The notes under the pieces: generated by a model
Database searches by the model: none
Seen by the model: the letters and a program-made list of their open reading frames with translations, nothing else
Told to the model about the DNA's origin: nothing
NCBI RefSeq assembly: GCF_964355755.1
Contig: NC_092680.1
Location: forward strand, 2,976,001 to 3,040,000
Direction of reading: 5' to 3'
DNA: 64,000 nt
DNA from: Antedon mediterranea
Lineage: Eukaryota > Animalia > Echinodermata
Program-made: the position numbers and the translations under genes
Shown: positions 13,164 through 26,300 of the stretch, piece by piece
Numbering within the stretch: position 1 is the first letter of the stretch
Layout: every line of letters begins with the position of its first letter

Positions 13164-15705
13164 ATGAAAGCGTACAGTAATACCAATGACGATGGTGATG
13201 GAAACGAACTAGATATGGTGAGGGACAGAGGTAGTGTCGTTGGCGTATCCTGCATTGTACGACAATACGAAGAATCAAGGTTCATTGTGACTATACCAGG
13301 TCTGCCTTTGCAGCCAAAAACGGTACGGAATTCACAAACTGACAGCAGACTTCAGGCAGCAACTAACGGAGCCAATAATCACAAGTATAACTTAAGAAGT
13401 TCTCGCAAATTACCAAAAATCCCTCCTAAGCCAGTGGAAATCTGCCAAAGAACACATAAAGATTTACAAGATGCCAAAAATGGAAACACCTCTCACAGCA
13501 AGAATGTTGGTGTCCAATCGATGCAAATAAAACAACATAGAAACTGTAAGTAGGCCTAACATTATTCTATTACAGCGTCTTCCGACAGACTTCAGTGCTG
13601 GACAACCATTCCTACCAGACCATGTCTGTATTTCTTCACAGTGAAGTTTGTATAAAGTAAAATTAAATACCAGGCCTGTATTATCAATTGCTTATCATTC
13701 ATCTTTAAATTAATAATGTTTATTTATTTATTTATTTGAGAAATGACATAGATAAGAAGAACATTATGATATACTGTACCGCATAATAACGCCTTTCACT
13801 GAACAAAACCATCTGATGTAATTAGAAAAAAAGTTAATAATGATTTTATTTAGATAGGCCTAAGTGAAAATTAACACAGACAAAAATGTTTTAAAATAAT
13901 GGCAAAACTGTCCATGATAAAGTTTATCTTTTAAACGGCAGATTTATGGTCAATCTCTCAGTTGAAAAAAACTAATGTAGGGTAAACGATAACAAATTAA
14001 ATTTAAGTTTGACAGCAATATTTCAGGTCTAGGCAAGAAATTAATTGAACAGAAAAACCGCTTCCTAAACCATTCCTCGCCATTGTGTCATATCTACAAA
14101 TAGATTCTGAATACAACCTATAAATAAATATAATTAGGACTTAAAGTTGAAGAGTTCGATAGAGGGGACTTGTTTCCTGTAGAATAATTCTTTTAAATCG
14201 ATTAAATAGTACTTGGTGTTTTTTCGTTTGATTTTATAAAAACACACAAAAGAAAGTACTATTAATCTAACGTTTAAACACGCGGTACACACTTTAATTT
14301 ACAAGGATAAATTAAATCATTAAAAATATATAGAAATAAATAAATTTATTGAAAGTGATACCGGAATAAATTCTAAAATTAATAATTATATGAACAATTA
14401 ACCAACATGAAATTAATAAATAAAATTAAGACATTTTTAGAAATAAGATTTTTTTTAATTCTTTAATTGTCCTAACATTACCCACATTGTACGAATAAAA
14501 ATGAGAACAGAAACTTTGCACATTTGTTGCGTACAATATTTTGATTCAAAATTATGTTTGAAATATGATTCATTAGTCATTAAACATATTTGTTAATGTT
14601 TTAGGCGTGTTAACAGAACCAGTACTCCTTCGCATTGCCGAACAACTCGGCAGCGAGTGGCAGTCTCTACTAATCCACTTAGGCTTGAAGAAGGCCCAGA
14701 TCGACCTTATTAAATCAGAAACGCAATGGAGTGGAGGCTTACACCAAACTATCTTCCGTGGGCTACTGAAGTGGAAACAACGATGTAGAAAAGAAGACAA
14801 GGCCGTTCATCAGTTGCAGCTAGGTCTTCAACAAGTTGGACGGAATGATATATCAGAAGATCTCGATGGTATGTCTTTGTTCTTTGTAGCTGCTGCCAAT
14901 CACTGAGCAGTACCTTTGTGGAGATCAACGTTGTGTTACTTATTGAATAATAATCAAGCAGTATGGATTATGATTTTGGTAAAACTATGTTATGTTTAAA
15001 TTTATTGTTTCAATTCAGTTCTATTTATTCAAACGATACTTAAAACAACATTCGGTTGTGTACAATAAAATGTTAAATGCAAAATATGAAATAATGAATG
15101 TACAATATAGTAATAAACGAATAAAACAAAGTTTGGGTTGACTAACATCATTGCGGCCATTTGACATCTGTAAACTTATTGAATTTAAAAAGCGGCGTGT
15201 TTTATTTGACGGTTTTACTGAAATCGTAGTTCACGATTTATCAACAAAGTATCTCTACGACCTACTTATCCTCATAATTACGCAGAGATTCACAAATAAG
15301 TACCGTTACGTATTAGATATAAATGCAAGATTATTTTAAAATCTTTTTATAGAAAAAATCGAAGTAAACGGCAACGACTGTTCATTCCAGAAGGTACCAT
15401 CTCTCCAGGAGAGAGTTGACGCTTTAGAGAAGCGAGTGTCCACTTTAGAACGCCGACGACAATGCCGCTGTGATATGACATCGGCTACTGATGCCACAGA
15501 CGGCGGGGGAGAAGAGGAGTTCGAAATAGTGTCCTTTGAGGAGGTCGGCCTAGCCCAGGATCATTATTACACCGGGCATCAGAATCCAAAGAGCTCAATA
15601 CAAGACTGGATGGAATGCGGTCTGCAACGGGTTACCAGTTGGAGTTACTCCGTAGAACACGTGCAGCATGAAGAAGAAGCTATGGAATTAGATTTTGGTT
15701 TTTAA
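13164..15705 (+). CDS. Death-domain-containing protein (N-terminal region, death domain, short coiled coil, acidic tail). Exons 13164-13545, 14605-14868, 15353-15705; possible non-coding first exon ending at 10462
   Basis: Phase-1 GT-AG junctions join the three ORFs in frame. The middle exon VLTEPVLLRIAEQLGSEWQSLLIHLGLKKAQIDLIKSE...IFRGLLKWKQR...LQLGLQQVGRNDISEDL is a typical death domain (CRADD/PIDD/FADD-like pattern). Confidence 0.85.
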
Positions 15706-18136
15706 CAAATCAAAAATTAATAATGATAAAAAATGAACTTTAGGCTGGCCTTTTAAAAATTCCAATGTTCCTGTATTATGTATTGGACAGTTGTTTCTTC
15801 CTAATCATGTTGGGCATTTAAATTATTTTATTTTTTTATTTCATTCCACAGTGACAGTAAATCTTCGTTATACAGTCCTTAACAACATCGAAAAATCCTT
15901 TGATCTTTTTTCAAGACTCATTTTACCTGAAGACATGCTATCATAATATTGCCCTCATTTTGAGATCCAGTAAAATTATACTGCATGTACTTAAAAACAA
16001 CAAAGTTGTCTGGAACAATTATTTTTTAAATGTATATATACTGTAAATAATAAACGAATAACATAAACGGTTTCATAAATAGTAATTTATTTATTACGCT
16101 CGCTGATGTTACGTTCGGCAACGATGTAATTGCAGAAAACGCCAGCAGCAGCCAGGGAAGCTGTTCCCGCAAAAATTTATTTAGGCATGCGCAATGTTGA
16201 TTTCTGCTAACCAAGAGTGCAGTCGAGAAAATACACGAACTTATTGAAAATAAATCGGAGCTGATCATCAACAGGCAGCAATGATGCAAAATCATTCACT
16301 GTCTTGCAATCGAAGAAATATAATTACCTTTCAAATATAAAGCGAGGATTGAAATAACATTCAATTCAATTAACTTGTTTTGTGTTTATTTAAATATACA
16401 TCATTCATACTACACTTACATTACACAATTAGAAAATATATTTACAATATTTTGTTACGAGAATCCTAATTTAACTATACTCATTTTGAAATATATGTAC
16501 TTTACAAGAACAAAGTAAAGGGTTGAAATTGAAATGATAATATACAAAATAAAAGAATACCTTTATCATACTAAAATGCACTGTTATCGATGATTTGTGC
16601 GCTTACAGCGTTTTCCCGCAAAAGTCCCGCCACATTTGTATCCTGACTTAATAATAATTATGTTTTTTTTTACACGCAAACAAATAAACGCTTCTCGATC
16701 AAACGCCTTATTTTTCCACATGTTTAACCGTTTAAAGACGAAACATTTTTATCACTATAGTTAAATGCAATTTGTGACGTTACATTAGATCGAAACGATG
16801 TAGGAATGGTCTCTTTAATCGCCCAGTATAAATAAAATATTTCAATATTTCATAGGCCTATTACCATTATTTTTACACGCAAACAAAAAGATATACGGCT
16901 TTCAATCAAACGCCTCCGCCTTTTTTCCCTTCATATTTTAACCATTTAAAGAACATTTTTTTATCGCAATAGGCCCATATAGTACTTATTTTTACATAAA
17001 ATGTAGTTTGTGACTTTAAATTAGATCGAACGATGTAGGAATAGTGTCTTTAATGTGTATTCCGTCCACGTTTCCGCCTTGATCCCAATCGTCAAACGAA
17101 TTTCGCAGTTTTTGAGAGATTGTGGTATTCCGTACAAACATGGAGTATAACCATGTATTAAGGAATAATCCACGGTATAACCAACTCCACGATACAAATA
17201 ATAATTAACTTAAAAATCATTCACTTTGTTTTATCACAAATTATTGTATTCCTATAAAACTATAATATAAACACTAAAAAAGCATAAAAATCCTAGGAAC
17301 ATTATAATTATTCTTAAATTCATACCGTTTCATCCAATAAATGCATATTGGACGTAAAACCTTGTCTGCTCATTCCTCCCAGGACCAAACTTTGTATAAT
17401 ATAGTTTTAATTTGTTTTACGATCAGGAATCTGAATCAGAAAAGTAAAACACAAATATAACATAAGTTTGTGCAATATTTTTAGAGGTAGATAACATTTA
17501 CAACTTGAGTTGTAAAATTCATAACAGTGACTTATCTGTGATATATTAAATAAATAATTGCAGTTAAATAAACTGGACTTTCTCAAAATGAGTAAAGCGA
17601 TGAAATTAACTTAATCCTGTACATACCTTACAGTTTCCTCCAAAATGTTAGGGCGGGGCAGGGGAGGGGTTGGGTGAGTGATGTGGAGACAGGGGATGCA
17701 GGGGAAGGGGGATGCGGAGGCAAGGTCATGTGTCTTCTACTGTTGCTTTGTGGAAACAAATTTTAAATATATAACAATAATGTTATCTTGAATTTTATCT
17801 TTTGTATAACCACACAATTCAGTTAAACATAATAATAATATAATTTTGCAAATCTACTATACAACAACTACAGTATATTGCCATTTTTGTTTGGCGAAAA
17901 ATATTATATGGCTACTATACATACACCAGTAGATACATTTGTACACATTTTAAAAGTTGTTCATAATAATTTAGTCTATGCAGCCAGATTAAATTGATCT
18001 TTCTACATAGTATATACACTACTGCTATCTACATAAAACACTTAGGAAAATAAAGCTTTGTATTAACAATTATAAACAATATACCCTGCTATAAAAAACA
18101 TAATTATACTAATTGAATTCAGAATTGATATGGGTA

Positions 18137-18432
18137 TCGTAAATCTTCTAATAGTAACCCACACTCTAATAGTAACCCCTCTTTCAATAGTAACCCACCT
18201 TATAAGTCAATCTATAATAATAACCCACTGCTCTAATAGTAACCCATAGGGGTCACTATTAGAGCCACAAAAACTTATGATGCAGCCGTATTTTGAAAAT
18301 AAGGAGATACTGTACTGCATGTTGATCTCGGCAGTTCTAATAGTAACCCACCCCCCCCCCTTCTAATAGTAACCCACCCTAAAAAAAATCAAATCAAAGA
18401 ATAACCCAGGGTTACAATTAGAAGATTTACGT
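18137..18432. mobile_element. Tc1/mariner-pogo-type MITE with internal TAATAGTAACCC repeats, in the probable PDE 3' UTR
   Basis: TIR cgtaaatcttctaatagtaaccc / gggttacaattagaagatttacg flanked by TA; about six internal copies of aatagtaaccc. Confidence 0.75.
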
Positions 18433-18880
18433 TAGATGTGAAGTTTGTAACCTGATGGTGGTAAAAATTAACATAATTAATCAGTAGTTATATCAATCTA
18501 ATAAACATTAACTCTAATCTGGGAAGAGTGAAATTTTATTAAGAGAATTTCACTCTTCTCTGCTCTAATCAATTTAATCATGATAGGCTAAGTTCTAGCA
18601 TGGTGATTCGGCTCAATATTGTAAAAATCAAAGCGGCTGCTAGTGCCGCTCGTAAAGAAATATCATAGTCAAAAAAAGCAGAACCAGAGACATCGGGCAC
18701 GTCTAAATCCATGAGTATAAATATCAAAATTAAAACTATTTTCAATTTTAATTTCAAAACTTTTAAAAAAGTCAAAAGTTTTACAAATTAAATTATGAGA
18801 GAATAGTGATGCTTTGTTTTTAAAAACCTCATTTTTTGTTCAATTTTATTTCCCTCTCTATCCTTGCTGACAAACTAGCT

Positions 18881-21800
18881 TTATTCATCTACACTTTCCT
18901 TTGAAACCGCTAATGTTGATTTTTTAAGCAATGGTATTTTCTTTCCATTGTCACTTTCTGACTTTTTGTCTTCACTCTCTTTTAAGGCTTTTGAAATTTC
19001 AGCAATGCTCTGTTTTCGTTCTACTTTCTTCTCCTTGTCCTCTTGATCTGTCCGCTGCTTGGCGACCAGTGCTGACCAATTCTGCAAATTTTTCCTATTA
19101 AGTGGTAACAAACAAAATAACACATTTTAATACACATTAAAGAATAAATAATTGCAATTTTTTAGTTTAATTTAGTTTTTCCAACTTTTCTAAATCCTTG
19201 ATTTACACCGAAGTGTTTAAGGCGATGTCATGTATAATGTTACCAAAGTTGCTGGGCCAATTTGGATTTTGAAAGTACTTACGATGCACCATCATATAGT
19301 GGCTTACTCCCTGGTACTAATTTGTATAGTAACTCATAGCATGGCAAACATATACCAACAATAAACGAAACCTGAAAAGTAAAAACATAAATAAAAAATA
19401 AATGATGTTATACTTGTAAGCCACAGATTAAAACTGTATTTACATCATTTAATATAAAAATAGTACATTCTTATGTGGTTTCATAATCTGAACTGGTTAT
19501 TCCTTTACCATATACTAATAAATATATAAACATTAAAAAAAATTATATTTATGGATATCTTTATTAACCTATAATTCAAATTCTTACTTGGTTGGCAGGT
19601 AGTTCATGTGCTTTGTCCCTATCCATCATTGGAATTGGCTTTTGGCCTTGTGCTTTCTCTTCATCTCCCTAAACATAAATTAAACAAAATCGTAGAAATA
19701 TTGCAGGCTAATTATGTTTTAAAATTGGAACCCTTTACTTAGACCTTGTTTCTATATGATACAAACTAAACATATATATTATCTACCTGGGCCCTCTTAT
19801 CTTATCTGGGAAAACAGTTTTTAAATGAATAGGTCACCCAGTATAACAAATAAATTATTAAATCTAGGCCCTTAAAACAAGAGAGTGTCTTTGACTAAAG
19901 AGTATAAAGAATAAATTAATAAATAAATCTAGGCCTAATATGATACTTATGGCAAATGAATTATAAATATAAATTCTATTCAATATCAACAATGTTTTAT
20001 AACATTCAAACAAAAGCACATACATGCACTAAAGATGTGGAACACAACTTAATGTGACAATTATCATCTCAACACTGGTGGAAAATTACAATAATTACGA
20101 TTATATATCCAGTAAACAGCACACATTTTTCTACAAATTTTATATAAGAATTTTGTAATAAGGATGTCATTGGAAAGATTAAAATTCGACAAAAACAAAG
20201 TTAAAAACCTGTTGGTAGAATTCCTCGAATATATCATAAACAACTTTACTGTGAACATCAAATGGTTTGCTAATAGCTGTTAGATCACATGCAGACATAA
20301 TAACATCATGCGCTAAAGATCTACATTAAAACAGAAATTAACATAATAATGCATATGCAAATAAAGCTTGATGAATATTTAAACATATGCTAATTTTTTA
20401 TACATGCTATACAAAAACATAAATCATGCAAATAAATATTTGATTCTCAGTGCTGTATCTCCACCTACAGCAATATTTGCCAGTATCATAGGAATATTTG
20501 GTAATACAGCATCTCTGTATCATGTTAGGTTACGGTCTATCATGCAAGGTGAAACACATGTGATGGTGTATTATAGAATTCTCCTGTGATGCTGTATTAT
20601 GGAATTCTTTTGTGGTGCTGTATTATGGCATTCTCCTAAGATAGCTAGATACAGTACTGAGAATCGGATTAAAAAAAAAAGTTCATTTTTACTTGGAATG
20701 CAAATATTTATGATTAGCATTAGCAATTATGTTCAATCAATAGGGAAGTTTTGATTTGTAACGACCAAACTACATCGTGTTTAGTTCATTGTGCGCATGT
20801 GGAGATATTGGGACGTGTGTCCTTGCTCTTCATCTCGACACAGGTTTGGTGGTCTCTAGGTCAAGAGGACGATGACCGACGCCAACTTCATTGGGTTGAT
20901 CGTCAGTCGTCACAAATCAAAAGCTCCCTATTTACAGTATAAAATTCAGTATACAAGATTTATAACAACAAAAAATGACAATAAACGATACAAAAAAGCA
21001 TATACAATATGCAATAAGCAATTAGTGAAAACAAGATGCTGAAATGAGTGAAATGACGTTACACAAAACCACTGAACTGAGCCATTCCAAGCTGTGCTCA
21101 TCACCCACCTGCTGATAAAATTCATCAAATATAACTTTAACGGTCTGTTGTTGAATTGACCACGGTTTACTGCTAGCCGAAAGGTCACAGGCTGTCATCG
21201 TGATCGACTTTATGAAGTTTCTAGATTGAGGAGGTTCAATGGCATTATGGATAGATAACTATGTGTTGGAATAGGAAAGTTCTTTTATAAGAATATACTA
21301 TGTTTAAATTGTATTCATACTGCCCTCTTTTAGGCTAAAGCTCTGTCTACACTATCATTTGACAACAAAAGTGTGATGTGCCCAAATATGGTAGTGATAT
21401 ACCCAAATATGGTATTGGTCTGACATCATGTCCATATATGGCCAGGGCACATCACATTTTGTTGTCACATAAAATTTGATAGTGTAGAGAGAGCTTAACA
21501 CTCAACCTTTTAAATACTGTACTGTATATATATATATTCATTCCAAAATTTCTAAAAGTATTGGAATTATTTATAAAGTAAAACATTTACTAAATACATC
21601 AGCTTTATTTAAATTATATAATTCATTAGTTTTGCCTTATTTTACATATTGTTGTGAAGTCTGGGGTAATACCTTTAAAACTAATTTAAATTGTTTATAC
21701 ATATTACAAAAAAAGGCACTCAGACTTGTTATGAAAGTCCCATACACCAGTCCAAGTAAACCAATTTTTAATTTTTTTAAAACTCTTGATCTTTATAATT

Positions 21801-23337
21801 TAATAAAACTATATACCGTCTCTCTAATGCATAAAGCTTTTCATAACTTACTCCCAGTGATTGTTCAAAATAATTTCATTTTATGCTCAGCTGTCCACGA
21901 TAAATACACGCGACAAAAACACCATTTCTACCCACAATTTAAAAGAACCACTCAAAAATCATTAAGTTTAGTTAGTAAAGGGGTTGAACTTTGGAGTGAT
22001 ATACCTGAGACTCTTAAGTTACTTAAGAATCCTATAACTTTTAAAATAAAATACAAAAATAAATTACTTTTGCAATACTCTGATTAGAACAGGTTTTTTT
22101 TTTTATCTTTTTTCTTTTTACAATTACATCTTACTCTCTGAGAAATCTTTTTTTTTTTAAGATAAAGAAAAAAAAAGAAACTTTCTTAAAAGTTACATTT
22201 TGTTTGCCTATGCCGTTGTGCCTTTGTTTCATATTACTATTTATAAACTGTTTTGTAACAGGGGGTTTCTACTTATAAGCTGTGCTTCAGAGATTCCCCC
22301 TTTCCATTCTTTCATTTTTGTAATGAATATTTATGTATGTTAATGGTTTTATTTTGTTGTGAATGGAAATAAAGAAACAAACAAACAAATATCACGCATA
22401 TATTATAAAATAGACATTTAGGGTTTGTAGGAAAAGAATAGATCATCACATTTCCAATTTTGGAATTGGTTGTTTTTGGGCAAAAAAATAATTAAATAAT
22501 AATAAAGTAGTATCCAACTTATTACATCTCTGATAAAGTACAATTTTTTTCAAATCGATGCAATATAAAAGATATATACAATATTATATAACAAAACCCA
22601 AATATGATTTAACTTCACGAATAAGTAATAATAATGAAACAGACAATAAGTACCTATGTGATTGATCCTCCCAGCTAAACTGCTTCTTTTCAATGAGACC
22701 CTTTAACTTGCCCTTGTTTCCAAAGAACAATGCCAGATCTGTTGCCAATATCGAATGTCGTATCTCATTCAGCACAATCTTGTACTCTTCTGAAGTCAGG
22801 TGTCGAAAAATGTTATGGCCGTCATTCTAATAGTACGTAGAAAATGTTTTATTCAAATCTTAATTTAGCATTGACAGCAGATTCACTGTGACAATTTTGT
22901 GAACATGAAGTGAACATAAGCCCTATAAAGATGTGCACTAGTTTGAGCTGTAAACAACCACCAATTGTTTTTTTCTTAAACCTCTGTCTACACTACACTA
23001 GTTTGACAAAAAAAGTGTAATGTGCCCAAAGATGGTAGTGATATGCCCAAATATGGTAGTGATATAACATCATCATGTCCATATATGGGCACATCACATT
23101 AAGTTTGATAGTGTAGACAGAGCTTTATACTGTGTATTCTATTATATCCTATATAAGATTTTTCTAACAAAGTGGCTACATCTATTGTATGCCTATATCT
23201 ACACCTATTGAGAAGATTGGGGCTCTGGGCCTCTAACCTTTAAGAAAAACCATCCCACTAGGCAATGGGTGAGAAAATATGATTTTTTAAAATGGTACAA
23301 ATGGGTTCGAACCATAGCTAGGAGAGTAACCAATAAA

Positions 23338-23371
<34 letters not shown>

Positions 23372-26300
23372 ACCATTAGCACGAAGTTGCAAGACCTATG
23401 CACAGCCCATTCGACCATGATGTTGCGAGACCTACACACTGCCCATTCGACCTGCTTGCGATACCATTAACTCACCTGTAGTATGGTAACAGTCTGGTTG
23501 AAGTGATGATGTTCCATCGTCGACGTTGAATAGATTGCAGCTAGAGGTGTTGCGTTGTTTACCATGTACGAGTTGTTCTTTCCTCTGTGATCAAGGTCAT
23601 GGCACAGACAGGCTATAAACAAAGCCAGTGACTGAAGCAAAAAAGAAATATGTTCATTTTACCGTTTTTGGTAAAAACTGTATGAAGCTGAATGTTCAAG
23701 TATTTATTGTTTGTTGTTTATTGTTGTTTATTGATTTCAACAAATAATATAATTATTTCTTTATAAATGTGGATGGTGGTCAAAATAAATCTAGAAGCAG
23801 ACTTTAAGCAGAGACCACCATTTACAAAATAAAAATAAAAACTGATGACTATCGATTTTGTTCTGATTATTGTCAATGGGTCTATAGAAAAAATATTTCT
23901 CTCTGCTTAGATTAGATGCACCTTGTATTCAGTATCAGTGGCACTGGCTAATTGTAACAATTGTTTCAAATTTAATTTATTTTTGTAATAAAAAAAGAAA
24001 AAATTATAATGCATTTTGAATATTATTTTCTTTACTGATCAATAATAGTTTCTTTAATTATTGCCTCATTTAAATACAATTGTGTAGTTGGTATATAAGT
24101 ACCCTAGGCGCTGATTTCTGTTCTGATGACGAGAATAGTATTCTCAAAACATGTCAAGTAATTTAAGGCAGGTTTGCCTGTTCATTAAATGCTTTACGAA
24201 TTTGATTTTATCTGATCAATAATAGTATTATAATAATTGTATCCAAATGCAGACTGTTTTGATTTTTATTAGTTATCAAAATAAACATGAACCACAGTAA
24301 CACAAAGGAAAAATAAATTTTGTTTTCAATAAGTCTAGTTTTTGTGATGCAATACATTCTTTAAAATTAGCTAGTTATTAAAAAAATATTGACACACAAA
24401 GATAAAAGGATTAAGATAAAAAACATACTTCAAGAAATGTAAAATTGTTGATGTCTGATTTCTTTATGATGGTGTAGACAGTGTGAGCGACCGAGAACGC
24501 ATGAGTCCAGTTGTGGTAAGGTACGTGGCGATAGTTCTTGCGTACAGTTAATACAAACCGACACAGATCATGGTAATCAAACCTAAAATAAAAAAATAAT
24601 GTTTATATTTTATAAATAAACAATAACAACATAATCATTGGTATATGAACAAATATATAATATAAATAAATAAATGTTTTGCCTTAATTTTATGATGCAA
24701 TGCGTCTGATGAGTATTTGAAATGGTTCAACCATTAAAGACTATGTTGTCTAATGATATGATGCTTGCCTTGGTATCAAGAGAGGTTGCAGGTTCGAATC
24801 CTGCAGGTAGCATTTTATCACATGATCATTTTATGGAACTTTAATCTGTTGAGAGCTAATGCTACGCAGAACAATGGTTAATTAAGCACTTTGTTTAAAT
24901 CTTTTTTAATAAGGATAAGAATACGGGCATAAACACCATCTGAAGAATTTGAAAGTAGCATATACAGTACAAAGAGAAAAAGGTGGTATTTGATTTATTT
25001 CTTCTTTTTACTGGGTAACCTCTTCAGTATAAGCTCTGTCCCAAATATGGTGGTGATATTCCCAAATATAGTAGTGATATGACATCATCATGTCCATATA
25101 TGGGCACATCAAATTTTGTTGTCACATACACTTTGATAGTGTAGACAGAGCTTAAGACAGTTCAAAATGGAATTGACTATTTATCTATGTGTTAATCATG
25201 GTAGATACTGTTCTGTGGCATGCCTTAGGCCAGTATATGGTCACCAATGCATATTTTTTCATAAATTGGGACTATTAGTGTCGGTTAAACATTTTATTTG
25301 ATGTAAATGATCAATTATTCTTTCGATAATTGGGTAAGATTAGTGTAAAAAACTATTTATTGATCAAATTATTCATGAACAAGGTTAACATTTTGCAAAC
25401 ATTAAAATGTATGCAATCTATGTGTGAGCACTTTCTATGTTTCCTCATAAAGATGTCTGCCAAGTTTATGCTGATAATAGTCATGTACAGTGTACATTTT
25501 TATTTTGCTTTTTATTCACATAATATAGTTATTTTATTCATGGCCAAGGAATTTACTAGAAATTGTGAATCGGATAACTTGGAATATTAATTATTATATA
25601 AATATTTTTGCATAAAAATACATTAAATGTTATTATCATAATTGAACAAAAACGATTGAGTTATATATAATATTAAATCAACAACAAAATATTAATCATA
25701 ATAGGAGGGATAGAAAAAGGAAATTTAGAAAAGTTTTTTTTTTAAAGGGTTGGATTTTGGAGAGATAGGGACCAAATTGTTAACACAGAAATTAAAAGTT
25801 GCAATATTACCATCATGTCATTTGCATTCATTAAGGCGTTGGCTTTAAAAGTGGAGAGCAAAAGGTTTTATAGAAAATAATATATATAATTATTAATTTT
25901 AATTAGTTAAAACAGTAAGCAAAATAAAACTAAGGTTTTATAAAGACCTTTTTAAATTGAATTAACAGACTATTATAACAAAGAAATATATTTTCAATTG
26001 TATTAGATTTTTCTTACCATAAGCCATATTATGTTAACAAAAATGTAAATCAAAGTGAAGATAAAATTTCAAAAACAATTTAATACATAAACAAAAAATA
26101 TAATAAGGAAAATGATTAAAGAAGAATTGAACCATTGAAGAATTTAATATTTAGAAAAAAGGATATTCTTGCTGAACCAAAAAGATTATTAGTAATATAG
26201 CATTTGGTTTTAAAACAATTAATAAAAAGAATCATATTAAAATTATTAACCACAAAAGGGAAGAAGCATGCGGACAAGTTGTTAAAGTCAAAAAGCAACT

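Noticed and set aside
18578-18775. 65-aa ORF downstream of the PDE stop as an extra exon
   Set aside because: The PDE frame already terminates at 18881; non-ATG start and no homology.
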